Origin: a virus
Direction: 5' to 3' (one strand)
DNA: 64,000 bases
IMG/VR virus record: IMGVR_UViG_3300025853_000041
Coordinates: 1-64,000 of that record
This document shows positions 9,523 through 17,723 of the stretch, piece by piece. The translations under genes were made by a program, and so were the position numbers. The notes below the pieces were generated by a model. That model did not search any database. It saw nothing but the letters and a program-made list of their open reading frames with translations, and was not told the origin of the DNA. Every line of letters starts with the position of its first letter. The stretch's first letter is position 1.

Positions 9523-9819
9523 AACAAAACGTTTTATAATAATGTATATAAGTAATAAAAGAGCTGAGTATTAGGATGTGCATCTACACTTAATCTCATT
9601 TAATTGCTATTGTAAGTTCACGTTAAACCTCTCCACAAGCAAACTCTTCTTATAAACCTTTTACTCAGTAACTTAATACTTATTTCCACGCAAAGGGTTT
9701 CTTATTCATCCCAATTGGTTGAAAGTGCAATAATCATTATTACTATTAGAACTGCTGTTACTGTCATCTTTTAGAAAATATAATTAAAATAAACATCACT
9801 ATTATATATATCCATCCCA

Positions 9820-10383
9820 TTATTCCTTCCATTTAATTAAAGGACACATGTTTCTATATAAACTATAAAGCATATCTTTCAACAGTATAAAAAACTTAGC
9901 TAAAAGTTTGAATGGATACAATAATCCTCTTACTATCTTACTATCTGGATTAATAGACACTACAATTGCAATAACTGCTATCAATAAAGAAACAGCACCA
10001 ATTATAGCTAAAGCTTCAATAGGATATAAATAAGATTGGTATAAAAGAACACCAATCATAAATCCTCCTATAATACCTAAGCCTCCAAAGAATGTCCATT
10101 TAAAGACTTTTCCTGTGGAATACACAATTGAATATTTTTGATTGAAATTTGATATTGATTCTACTGCTTTTGACTTTTCCATTTTTTCTATAAAAGCTTC
10201 TGCTTTATCTGAAGTAGGAGTAATTGCATATAATCCTTTAAACACCAGTATGATTGGCAAAAATACTAAAGTTAAAACATATGACCAAAAATATGGACAC
10301 ATACTTTTAAATTTTTCTACATCTGTATTCCACACCCATTCAAAAAATCTGGCTGACCAAGAAAACTTGTTTAATTTGTACAT
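9820..10383 (-). CDS. membrane protein
   Basis: 187 aa with about three hydrophobic helices. Confidence 0.75.
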   Translation of the reverse strand: MYKLNKFSWSARFFEWVWNTDVEKFKSMCPYFWSYVLTLVFLPIILVFKGLYAITPTSDKAEAFIEKMEKSKAVESISNFNQKYSIVYSTGKVFKWTFFGGLGIIGGFMIGVLLYQSYLYPIEALAIIGAVSLLIAVIAIVVSINPDSKIVRGLLYPFKLLAKFFILLKDMLYSLYRNMCPLIKWKE

Positions 10384-10445
10384 AATTTTTTGTTTTTTAA
10401 GGTAAGATATAGCCCTTTAGTTAATTAGACCAAAGGGCACTCATC

Positions 10446-10892
10446 TTATTCCTTGATTATTCTGTATTTAATATTTAATAAGCCTTTATCTAAGTTCCCA
10501 AGGGAATCAAAAGAGGCTTTTGATAAATCGAACACTCTTACTGGATGAGGTTCTAATGGTCTCAAGGCTCTACCTTTTGTGTCCATTTTAAATGGACCTC
10601 TATCATTGACCCTAACTCTTATGGTTTCATTGTTATCCAAATTGGTTATTTCAACAATAGTGTTAAAAGGTAAAGATGGACTGGCACATGTTAACAATTC
10701 ACAGTCATATATTTCCATATTAGCTGTGGTCCTACCATTCCATTTCTCTCCATAATATGATACTACTCCATAGCACCATACCTCATCTTCGTCATAAGGT
10801 ATTCTTTCAAATACATTATCTTCTGTTATAAATGAACTACTGGATAAAAATCCAATACTCATTAATAACAAATACATTAATACTTTTTTCAT
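10446..10892 (-). CDS. RlpA-like (DPBB) lytic transglycosylase, secreted
   Basis: Signal peptide; SYYG...GRTTANME, LPFNT.VEITN, VRVNDRGPF, FDLSKASF. Confidence 0.9.
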   Translation of the reverse strand: MKKVLMYLLLMSIGFLSSSSFITEDNVFERIPYDEDEVWCYGVVSYYGEKWNGRTTANMEIYDCELLTCASPSLPFNTIVEITNLDNNETIRVRVNDRGPFKMDTKGRALRPLEPHPVRVFDLSKASFDSLGNLDKGLLNIKYRIIKE

Positions 10893-11170
10893 TATTTGTA
10901 TTTTTTGATTCTATTCTTTAAATCTGTCAAATTGTATAACAAATCTTGAATTTTTACTGACTTTTCAATCATGTCCACAGGTGTATTATTTATAGTGGCA
11001 TGGCTATATGAACCCTTGATGAACTTCTTTAGCTCATCAAGGGCAATACTATATTTCTTACCACCATAAACATACTTGAAGAAATATCTATTCGAGATAT
11101 CTCCTTTATGTACAGTCATTATTATGCCTTTATATTCAAATTCATCAACAATCACTGTGGTTTCAGTCAT
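10892..11170 (-). CDS. hypothetical protein
   Basis: 92-aa ORF whose stop overlaps the start of the RlpA-like gene. Confidence 0.7.
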   Translation of the reverse strand: MTETTVIVDEFEYKGIIMTVHKGDISNRYFFKYVYGGKKYSIALDELKKFIKGSYSHATINNTPVDMIEKSVKIQDLLYNLTDLKNRIKKYK

Positions 11171-11173
11171 TTT

Positions 11174-11743
11174 TTAGTCCTCTTTTTTAAAGTTGGATAA
11201 GATATTGTGTTTTGCCTGAATTTCAGGTTTCTTAAATCTCACTAAGATTTTTCTCAGAAACATTCTTAAAGGTGTTTCAACAATTTCCTCAACTACTGGG
11301 ACAGTAATATCATCTATATACTTTTCTCCTTCTTGCTCTTCAGCTTCTGCAAACAAATCTTCATCAAAATCACCTTGCTTTTCAGCTTTTTCAAAAAGAT
11401 TCTCTTCTTCTTCTCGCTCTTCTTCAAAGACTTGATTCTGAAGTTCTTTAGCTAAATTTAAAAAGAATTCATCATCAAGCTCAGTTTCCATTTCAGAGTC
11501 TGCAATATCATCCATCATTAGTTGCCAATTTGCAGAATGAGCACCTATCATTGTTCCAATGTGCAAAACAACTTCATCATTATTAGTATAACAGTTTTTT
11601 ATACCGATATTACAATGTGTAATATTTTCTCCTTCTTGCATTCCTGTGATTAAAATCACTGCTTCTTCCTGAGACAATAAGTCTGCAAGTGAAGCTAAAA
11701 ATGCAATGTTCTTAAAAGGTAATTCCCATTTAATTAGTTTCAT
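11174..11743 (-). CDS. acidic hypothetical protein
   Basis: 189 aa with a long Asp/Glu-rich central segment. Confidence 0.75.
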   Translation of the reverse strand: MKLIKWELPFKNIAFLASLADLLSQEEAVILITGMQEGENITHCNIGIKNCYTNNDEVVLHIGTMIGAHSANWQLMMDDIADSEMETELDDEFFLNLAKELQNQVFEEEREEEENLFEKAEKQGDFDEDLFAEAEEQEGEKYIDDITVPVVEEIVETPLRMFLRKILVRFKKPEIQAKHNILSNFKKED

Positions 11744-11764
11744 AATACTCTTTTTTATTTATTA

Positions 11765-12022
11765 TTAATGTTCTATAAATTCAACTTCATCTCCATTAAC
11801 ATCATACATATCTCTAACCTCTATTCCATAAGGAATCTTATATGTCTTTGTTACCATTGGATAATCTATTCCAACGTCTTCACAAAATTCTCGTATAGGC
11901 TCTATTGCTCGGTCACAATGAGTATCTAAAATATTCATTAAACCTTGTTTAATCTTAGCTTCAAAAGCTCTACTTTGTGCTTTTTCCTGTGCGAATTTTT
12001 TCTCTAGTTCTGCTTTTAACAT
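11765..12022 (-). CDS. hypothetical protein
   Basis: 85-aa co-oriented ORF. Confidence 0.7.
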   Translation of the reverse strand: MLKAELEKKFAQEKAQSRAFEAKIKQGLMNILDTHCDRAIEPIREFCEDVGIDYPMVTKTYKIPYGIEVRDMYDVNGDEVEFIEH

Positions 12023-12201
12023 TATAAAGGTAATTTAACTCGTTTAAAATTAGTAAGAGCAACAAAATTGTTTGCTCTGTACATTTCTCTCCCAAAGATT
12101 CTCGCTAATTTTAAGTTAGAAAAAACACTAAATGTCTTCCCTTCTGGATTAGGTCTTAAGGTAGTAACTGTGTAACGCTTAATTTTTTTAGACTTCTTCA
12201 T
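12022..12201 (-). CDS. small basic hypothetical protein (59 aa, below track cutoff)
   Basis: Manual translation MKKSKKIKRYTVTTLRPNPEGK...VKLPL*; its stop overlaps the next start (TAATG). Confidence 0.6.
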   Translation of the reverse strand: MKKSKKIKRYTVTTLRPNPEGKTFSVFSNLKLARIFGREMYRANNFVALTNFKRVKLPL

Positions 12202-12424
12202 CTATTTTATCTGGGTTATCTTTAAACCAATTTATAGCATGGTTAGTTAGCATTATCATTTTTTGTAGCTGGTCCATCACAAACATAGGTGGTAAATTTG
12301 AATTTATAACAGGATTTATAGTCTCTCCTGTTCTTACCTTCACATATGTTTTAATAACATATAGTGATTCTTGTTGTTCAATTGGCAAGCTATTGTGTCT
12401 GTAAATAATATCTTTTATATTCAT
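12188..12424 (-). CDS. hypothetical protein
   Basis: 78-aa co-oriented ORF. Confidence 0.7.
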   Translation of the reverse strand: MNIKDIIYRHNSLPIEQQESLYVIKTYVKVRTGETINPVINSNLPPMFVMDQLQKMIMLTNHAINWFKDNPDKIDEEV

Positions 12425-12618
12425 TTATTAGATTAAAAGAGGGCTTCTTTCTTAGTAATATTTTGTATAGCTTAGTCATCCCAATTATGATTTCAGCATA
12501 AATATCAGGCACCAAAGAAGCCCATTATAGTGGAGAACAAACACCGTTTAACCAGTTACGCATACTATCATTAGAATACTAATGGTATGTTTCAAATACA
12601 ATGGGTTTGTGTCTGTTC

Positions 12619-13179
12619 TTATGAATTACCAAGCCAATTTTCTGTCATTTCAGTTGCTGCCTCTACATAGTAACCTGAATTTTCTGAATATTCAGCTACT
12701 GGCTCTATGTAGTAACTACCACAAATTATTGTTTCTATTTCCTTGTGATACTTAAAACTAGAATTTACATTTCCTGAGACAATAAGCATATCTGGAAATT
12801 GATAAGCTACGTTTAACATTTTCTCACAAATGGTATTCAAAGTTGTACCTGATGCCATAAAATCATCAATAACAATAAAATAGTCATCTCCTTCACACAT
12901 AAACTCTCCTGCATGAGAATATTCTCCAGGTTTCTTAAAATGAGTAATATACACATTATTATGAGGCAATCTTGATGCTACAATACCTGCAAGAATAGCT
13001 CCACTTGAACCACGACATAGAAAATGTAGTCTTCTGTCATTTATTGGAGCATGCTCTCTAATTAATTGAGCCATCACATCACAATAGAAAATAAGATTAG
13101 GCATATTTTTACCTATTGGATATTTCATTTCAATTTCTAATCTTGAATCAGTAATAAATTTAGTTTTAGATTCTTCCAT
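12619..13179 (-). CDS. type I phosphoribosyltransferase-like protein
   Basis: PRPP-binding motif FIVIDDFMASGTT; CRGSSG loop followed by a helix. Confidence 0.8.
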   Translation of the reverse strand: MEESKTKFITDSRLEIEMKYPIGKNMPNLIFYCDVMAQLIREHAPINDRRLHFLCRGSSGAILAGIVASRLPHNNVYITHFKKPGEYSHAGEFMCEGDDYFIVIDDFMASGTTLNTICEKMLNVAYQFPDMLIVSGNVNSSFKYHKEIETIICGSYYIEPVAEYSENSGYYVEAATEMTENWLGNS

Positions 13180-13332
13180 CTTTTAAATATTTATAGAAAC
13201 TTTGATTTGTAAATCCCCAAGTCTTTTTCTCACGATTAAACCTGGATTGTAGAACATTATGTTTACCCATAAAAGTGGTGGTCACAACTATGTAAACACC
13301 ACTCTTTTCAGGTAAATTATAATCCCATGTCA

Positions 13333-13536
13333 TTATGTATAATACTTTTGAAAATTAAATATTACACCCACAGCTAAACCTGCTGCAAAGGTTCTGAGAG
13401 ACTCAGATGCATCAAAACCACCCCAACCAATAAACATAGCTAACATAATAATTAGCACCTGTACAAATTGGATGGACCTATACCATCTCTTTTGAATAAA
13501 TCTTTTCATTCCCAAGGACAATTTCTCCCATGACAC
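13333..13536 (-). CDS. small two-helix membrane protein
   Basis: 67 aa with two hydrophobic segments. Confidence 0.65.
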   Translation of the reverse strand: MSWEKLSLGMKRFIQKRWYRSIQFVQVLIIMLAMFIGWGGFDASESLRTFAAGLAVGVIFNFQKYYT

Positions 13537-13709
13537 CAGTCACCAGGATGGTTATCTAAATGAGCCTGAGCTCCACTTTGAGTAAGATATAACACCTTTA
13601 TATTACCATTAGGTAATGGATGCCATATCCTATATATTTCTTCATCTTGTATTGGTGATGCTGCTACAAATGCAAACATCACTACAAATAATAGTAATAA
13701 CTTTTTCAT
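13506..13709 (-). CDS. small secreted His/Cys-containing protein
   Basis: Sec signal MKKLLLLFVVMFAFVAA; mature part WH...AHLDNHPGDWCHGRNC. Confidence 0.7.
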   Translation of the reverse strand: MKKLLLLFVVMFAFVAASPIQDEEIYRIWHPLPNGNIKVLYLTQSGAQAHLDNHPGDWCHGRNCPWE

Positions 13710-13727
13710 ATTTCTCTAAAATTTAGA

Positions 13728-14219
13728 TTAAAATCTTATTCCAATACCTGCAAATACACTATTTACAGTATGACTGTTCTCATTCCAAATAGCACTATCT
13801 GATTTCTTATCCATACCATAGACAAGTTTACCATATAATCCAAATGGTAATGTAACTTGTGCTCCTATCTCAGGTCCTAATAATGCAAATGGTCCATCGT
13901 ATCCTTCTCTAAAGACTCTACCACCTCTAAATCCTACATTCCATCGCCATTTAACTCCTACTGGATTACCATATTCCTGACCAACACCAAATCGAGCTAT
14001 TATATGGGTATATGTAATGTTATGAAGGTCTGCAAAATGAAATATCTCTGCACCTGCATAAGGTAAATTCCACTGATGTTCATATTGAACACCAATATTA
14101 AATCCATCATCATATGCTCCAGGAGCTGTAATAATAGTAAGGTTATTACTATCATTCTTTAATTGTGCACTCATATTAAATGTCACAATTAGCACTAATA
14201 AATACATTAGTTTTTTCAT
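13728..14219 (-). CDS. outer-membrane beta-barrel protein (about 8 strands)
   Basis: Signal peptide; alternating amphipathic strands; C-terminal FAGIGIRF beta-signal ending in Phe. Confidence 0.75.
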   Translation of the reverse strand: MKKLMYLLVLIVTFNMSAQLKNDSNNLTIITAPGAYDDGFNIGVQYEHQWNLPYAGAEIFHFADLHNITYTHIIARFGVGQEYGNPVGVKWRWNVGFRGGRVFREGYDGPFALLGPEIGAQVTLPFGLYGKLVYGMDKKSDSAIWNENSHTVNSVFAGIGIRF

Positions 14220-14229
14220 AATACTCGTT

Positions 14230-14367
14230 TTATGGAGTGCATAGTAAGACTTTCGGCTTACATATCATCTCCTGTTTAAACTTTTCTTTCTTACTTTTAA
14301 GGCTGTAACTCAGACTTTCTGCTGAGCTACACCCTGTAAGTAATACAAGCACTAACAAATACTTCAT
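14230..14367 (-). CDS. small lipoprotein (45 aa, not in track)
   Basis: Manual translation MKYLLVLVLLTGCSSAESL...LLCTP*; lipobox LTG-C. Confidence 0.6.
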   Translation of the reverse strand: MKYLLVLVLLTGCSSAESLSYSLKSKKEKFKQEMICKPKVLLCTP

Positions 14368-14810
14368 CCCTGAGGTTCAAAGTATTGTCTATGCTTTGCC
14401 ATGGCTGTTACACCAAAAATGTTAGTAAAACCAGGCTTACAGCTTGGTACTCTCACCTTATCTTTTAATTCTTCTTTTAAATCCTGAAGAAATACTTTCT
14501 TTGGGCTCATAATACTGTTTTTAAATTAATATTAGTTGTGAGGAATATAATAATATTCCATATCCATAGTTAACATTATAGTATGTCCTTCTTTAGCTGG
14601 GATTAATTCTACTTCTTCCCCTCTATTAGCTCGTTCAAGTTGTTCTGTCGATATTCTAAGCTTATTAGCAAACAAACCCATAAATCCACATTATTATTAA
14701 AACTATAATTAAAGCTATCATACCTGTCCTACCCTTGTCTTCAAATTTATCATATTCTTTCATTGTCTTGATTCTTCTGTATTAAGACTAAAAAACAAAT
14801 TAGTCGGGTT

Positions 14811-14846
14811 AAACAAAAATAGTAAGCTGAGTGTTAGCTTACTGTT
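14811..14846 (-). terminator. intrinsic terminator closing the large ncRNA candidate
   Basis: Minus strand AACAGUAAGCU/AGCUUACUAUU hairpin followed by UUUGUUU. Confidence 0.65.
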
Positions 14847-15585
14847 ATATCCTTTTATTCAGGTTTCCCTAAAATACACACACCTACATTACTGCAGGTA
14901 GATATAATGTCCACAAGTTTCGATGCTTGCCATCTTTTACAAGTTGAGTCATAACTTTGCTTTCATACTAACTTCTCCTGGTAGAGATTCAAAGACTCCC
15001 ATCTTTTAGATAAATATTACTAACTTTGTTTACGAGTAGTCTTGAGAGACTATCTAGTATCTACATATAACCAATAGGTGCAGTAGAATAAGGACATTGT
15101 TATCAACAGGTCTCAATATGTTTTCTCTTGTTTAGTTTGTAAACTAAGCAGATAAGTCAAATAATGGAAGTCTTATTGAGTTGTATATCGTGCTACCTTT
15201 TGAGTAGTTTAGATATCAACTTCCATTTGCTTTCAGGTGTCAAACCTACTAACTTGCATAATGCTTTTCCTCAGTGCATTTCTGCAACCAAATACTTCAC
15301 ATAACATAATAACAGCTCTTTACAGACGACAATCTGTTTACACCATTACCTACTATATAATTTATTGGCATTTCTGCCTCAGCTCCTCATGACAAGAAGG
15401 AACATATTACACTTTTACTCTGTTGAGCCATTCCATGTAATACAATATATAATACCTTTCTGTGAAATGCAAATAAATTTACATCACAAGTAAAACTCTG
15501 TTAAGTTTTAAATTTTACCTGTTTTATACCATTGCTGGTTTATCCTTATGAGCTCGAAGGCAGCCCAATATCTTAAAATCGCTAT
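14811..15585 (-). ncRNA. candidate large structured ncRNA (~770 nt, ROOL/GOLLD size class)
   Basis: No ORF of 60 aa or more on either strand; five GNRA-capped hairpins, all reading GNRA on the minus strand; several long-range and crossing helices; terminator at the 3' end. Boundaries are approximate. Confidence 0.65.
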
Positions 15586-15594
15586 TAATATAAT

Positions 15595-15634
15595 AAAAAA
15601 CAGCATCTGAGTACCGATTAAACTCAGATGCTGT
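15595..15634 (-). terminator. intrinsic terminator
   Basis: Perfect 13-bp stem ACAGCATCTGAGT/ACTCAGATGCTGT followed on the minus strand by a U-tract. Confidence 0.75.
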
Positions 15635-15754
15635 AACATAAGTAGGCTGTAAGTCACCATACTTTGACTGCAACTATCACACAGTCCATATTAATGTGAC
15701 CAGGTGTTGCACACCATTAAGAGCCTCAAGGAGAGAAGGGCTCAGTCACAATAA

Positions 15755-16168
15755 TTACTCTTGGATTTCTCCGAAGACAATAATCTCAATCTCTTGCCAA
15801 GTATAACAGTCTTTTAGAGGTAAGTTCATAGCCCTAATCTCTGCACTGTCCTGCTTAGCAACATCTCCTGCATAATGGTTATGGTAACAGTCTTCCTGAT
15901 ACATATTTATAACCTCATCAACTAAATCAAATAGAATAACATCAGGGTCTTCACCCTCTTCATAATATTCTACTTCAACAAATATCCAGTCATCTTCAGC
16001 ATCATTTGTGCTATCATAAATGACCTTAACACCACCATCAACTTGTTCTAATATGATTTCACAACAATTTTTATTGCTATGAATGTGGTGCTCTTCAGTT
16101 CTATTTATCCACGCTAATGTAAAAATAGAAGAACAAACTAATAATAAGATTATATAAAATTTTCTCAT
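15755..16168 (-). CDS. secreted or anchored acidic protein
   Basis: N-terminal signal; D/E-rich mature region. Confidence 0.7.
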   Translation of the reverse strand: MRKFYIILLLVCSSIFTLAWINRTEEHHIHSNKNCCEIILEQVDGGVKVIYDSTNDAEDDWIFVEVEYYEEGEDPDVILFDLVDEVINMYQEDCYHNHYAGDVAKQDSAEIRAMNLPLKDCYTWQEIEIIVFGEIQE

Positions 16169-16654
16169 GATGATTTGGTTTTATATAGTGACTACTTGTT
16201 ATCGTAGTCAACTATATCGTTAATACTAACTAAACTGCCTGTTGGAGTTAAATACAATACTCTTTTCATAACTTTAATTTAAAAGATTAATACTAAATTA
16301 AAAGCAAGATGGACACACAAACTATCTGTTCCTCAAACCTACCACAGGTTAATGAATGAGTTTTAGATGTGTAATCACAAATGGTTTTCAGTAACCTTGT
16401 GTGTCCTGGCTTTATCTTCGACAACCCTACATAACACTATTCCAAATGGTTAATAAGGATAGCAGAATATATGTTTCGACGCTTCTCTGAGCCTTTTCAG
16501 CCTTGATAACTTGCCTAATTAAATTGTGTACTGCGTTAACTCGTCTTATCAAGAGCCTTTAATATAGGTTACTGTCAATTCAGCTCAGCCTATAACCTTT
16601 GTACACAATAATATAATAAGTAGTTTGTCTTCTTACTTAGGAATACGTCGAATA

Positions 16655-16888
16655 TCACGACCTTTCTGGTTCTCTAATTTCTAAATCTAACTGAAGATTT
16701 CCATTCATTAGATTGTGCTCTTCAATTATAAATAAGTTTTTATGCTTATTTAATATAGCCTCTTTCTCTTCTCTATAATAGACAATAACAGATACTGTAT
16801 AGTTATCTACTCTTTTACAAAAGAATCTTTCTACTAAACTATTAGTTATAAGATTCAATTGATTACTTAATGACATAGTATCTGACAT
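16655..16888 (-). CDS. hypothetical protein
   Basis: 77-aa co-oriented ORF. Confidence 0.65.
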   Translation of the reverse strand: MSDTMSLSNQLNLITNSLVERFFCKRVDNYTVSVIVYYREEKEAILNKHKNLFIIEEHNLMNGNLQLDLEIREPERS

Positions 16889-16890
16889 AA

Positions 16891-17061
16891 CTATAATGTG
16901 TTATTTGTCTGATATTCTTTACCATTAATACTCCAAATCATAGAATATTCACCTTCATCATTAGCTCCTGATTGACCCACAAACTGTGGATTCATATCAA
17001 TAGCATATAACTCTCTTGGTGTGACTAGAGTTCTTTCTGGGGTAAGTTTTATATGTGACAT
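16891..17061 (-). CDS. small hypothetical protein (56 aa, not in track)
   Basis: Manual translation MSHIKLTPERTLVTPRELY...QTNNTL*; abuts the next gene. Confidence 0.6.
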   Translation of the reverse strand: MSHIKLTPERTLVTPRELYAIDMNPQFVGQSGANDEGEYSMIWSINGKEYQTNNTL

Positions 17062-17279
17062 AGTTATAAGATTTAGCTATTAATTATTATGTTTGAATAG
17101 ATTTAGTTTATAGTAGAGGTAGAATATGTGGGTGAGAGGGCTGGTTAACCCACTCACACCACACATTACTAACTGCAATAATAAAAACTTAAACCAAATC
17201 ACTCAATTAAAGTTCAATTTAAAGCAAAGCACTAAGATGCACCAATGAATGATGCACCTTAATGACCTACCTAGCAAGC

Positions 17280-17570
17280 TTAGTTAGCTCGCTTAGGATA
17301 TAGGTAGCTTAAAGTCGCTACTTGCTCTTCACCTTTATCATCGGTAAAAGGATACTCACTTTTAACAACGTCAAAAAGGTCAAGGTTTACATCACCACTA
17401 GTACCCTTAGCGTTCTCTTGGTCTGTAAACATATAGAAAGTGCGTCTTCCACCTTCTACCTCACCAAAGGCAGTCTTCACACCTTCAGTCTTACCAACTA
17501 ACTTGTTGGCGTAATTACCATTGACAGTCTTAGTACAAGACTCAATAGTCAAATTGATTACATTGCTCAT
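17280..17570 (-). CDS. small beta-rich early protein, paralog 1
   Basis: About 69% identical by hand alignment to 17724..18008. Confidence 0.85.
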   Translation of the reverse strand: MSNVINLTIESCTKTVNGNYANKLVGKTEGVKTAFGEVEGGRRTFYMFTDQENAKGTSGDVNLDLFDVVKSEYPFTDDKGEEQVATLSYLYPKRAN

Positions 17571-17639
17571 AGCTGTAAAAAATTAAATCACTACTTCTAC
17601 CTAATTAAAATATATAATTAGTATAAATAAAAATAGCAA

Positions 17640-17660
17640 GAATTAGTTAGGGTCTTGAGT
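17640..17660 (-). promoter_or_regulatory. repeated upstream motif, candidate phage early promoter (copy 1)
   Basis: Minus strand ACTCAAGACCCTAACTAATTC; 20/21 identical to 18055..18075. Confidence 0.5.
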
Positions 17661-17723
17661 AGAGTTAGGTACTAAAGGTGTAGGACACACCATTGCTGAT
17701 GTGTCCTTGCCTTGCCTATACCC

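Noticed and set aside
12441-12523. TPP riboswitch (GGUGC...GCUGAAAU)
   Set aside because: Lacks the CUGAGA, ACCUG and GGGA core; better explained as a long hairpin.
14880-15160. Group I intron (AGAGACUA R-like word on the plus strand)
   Set aside because: No correctly placed S element or P7 partner and no interrupted host gene; GNRA loops indicate the minus strand.
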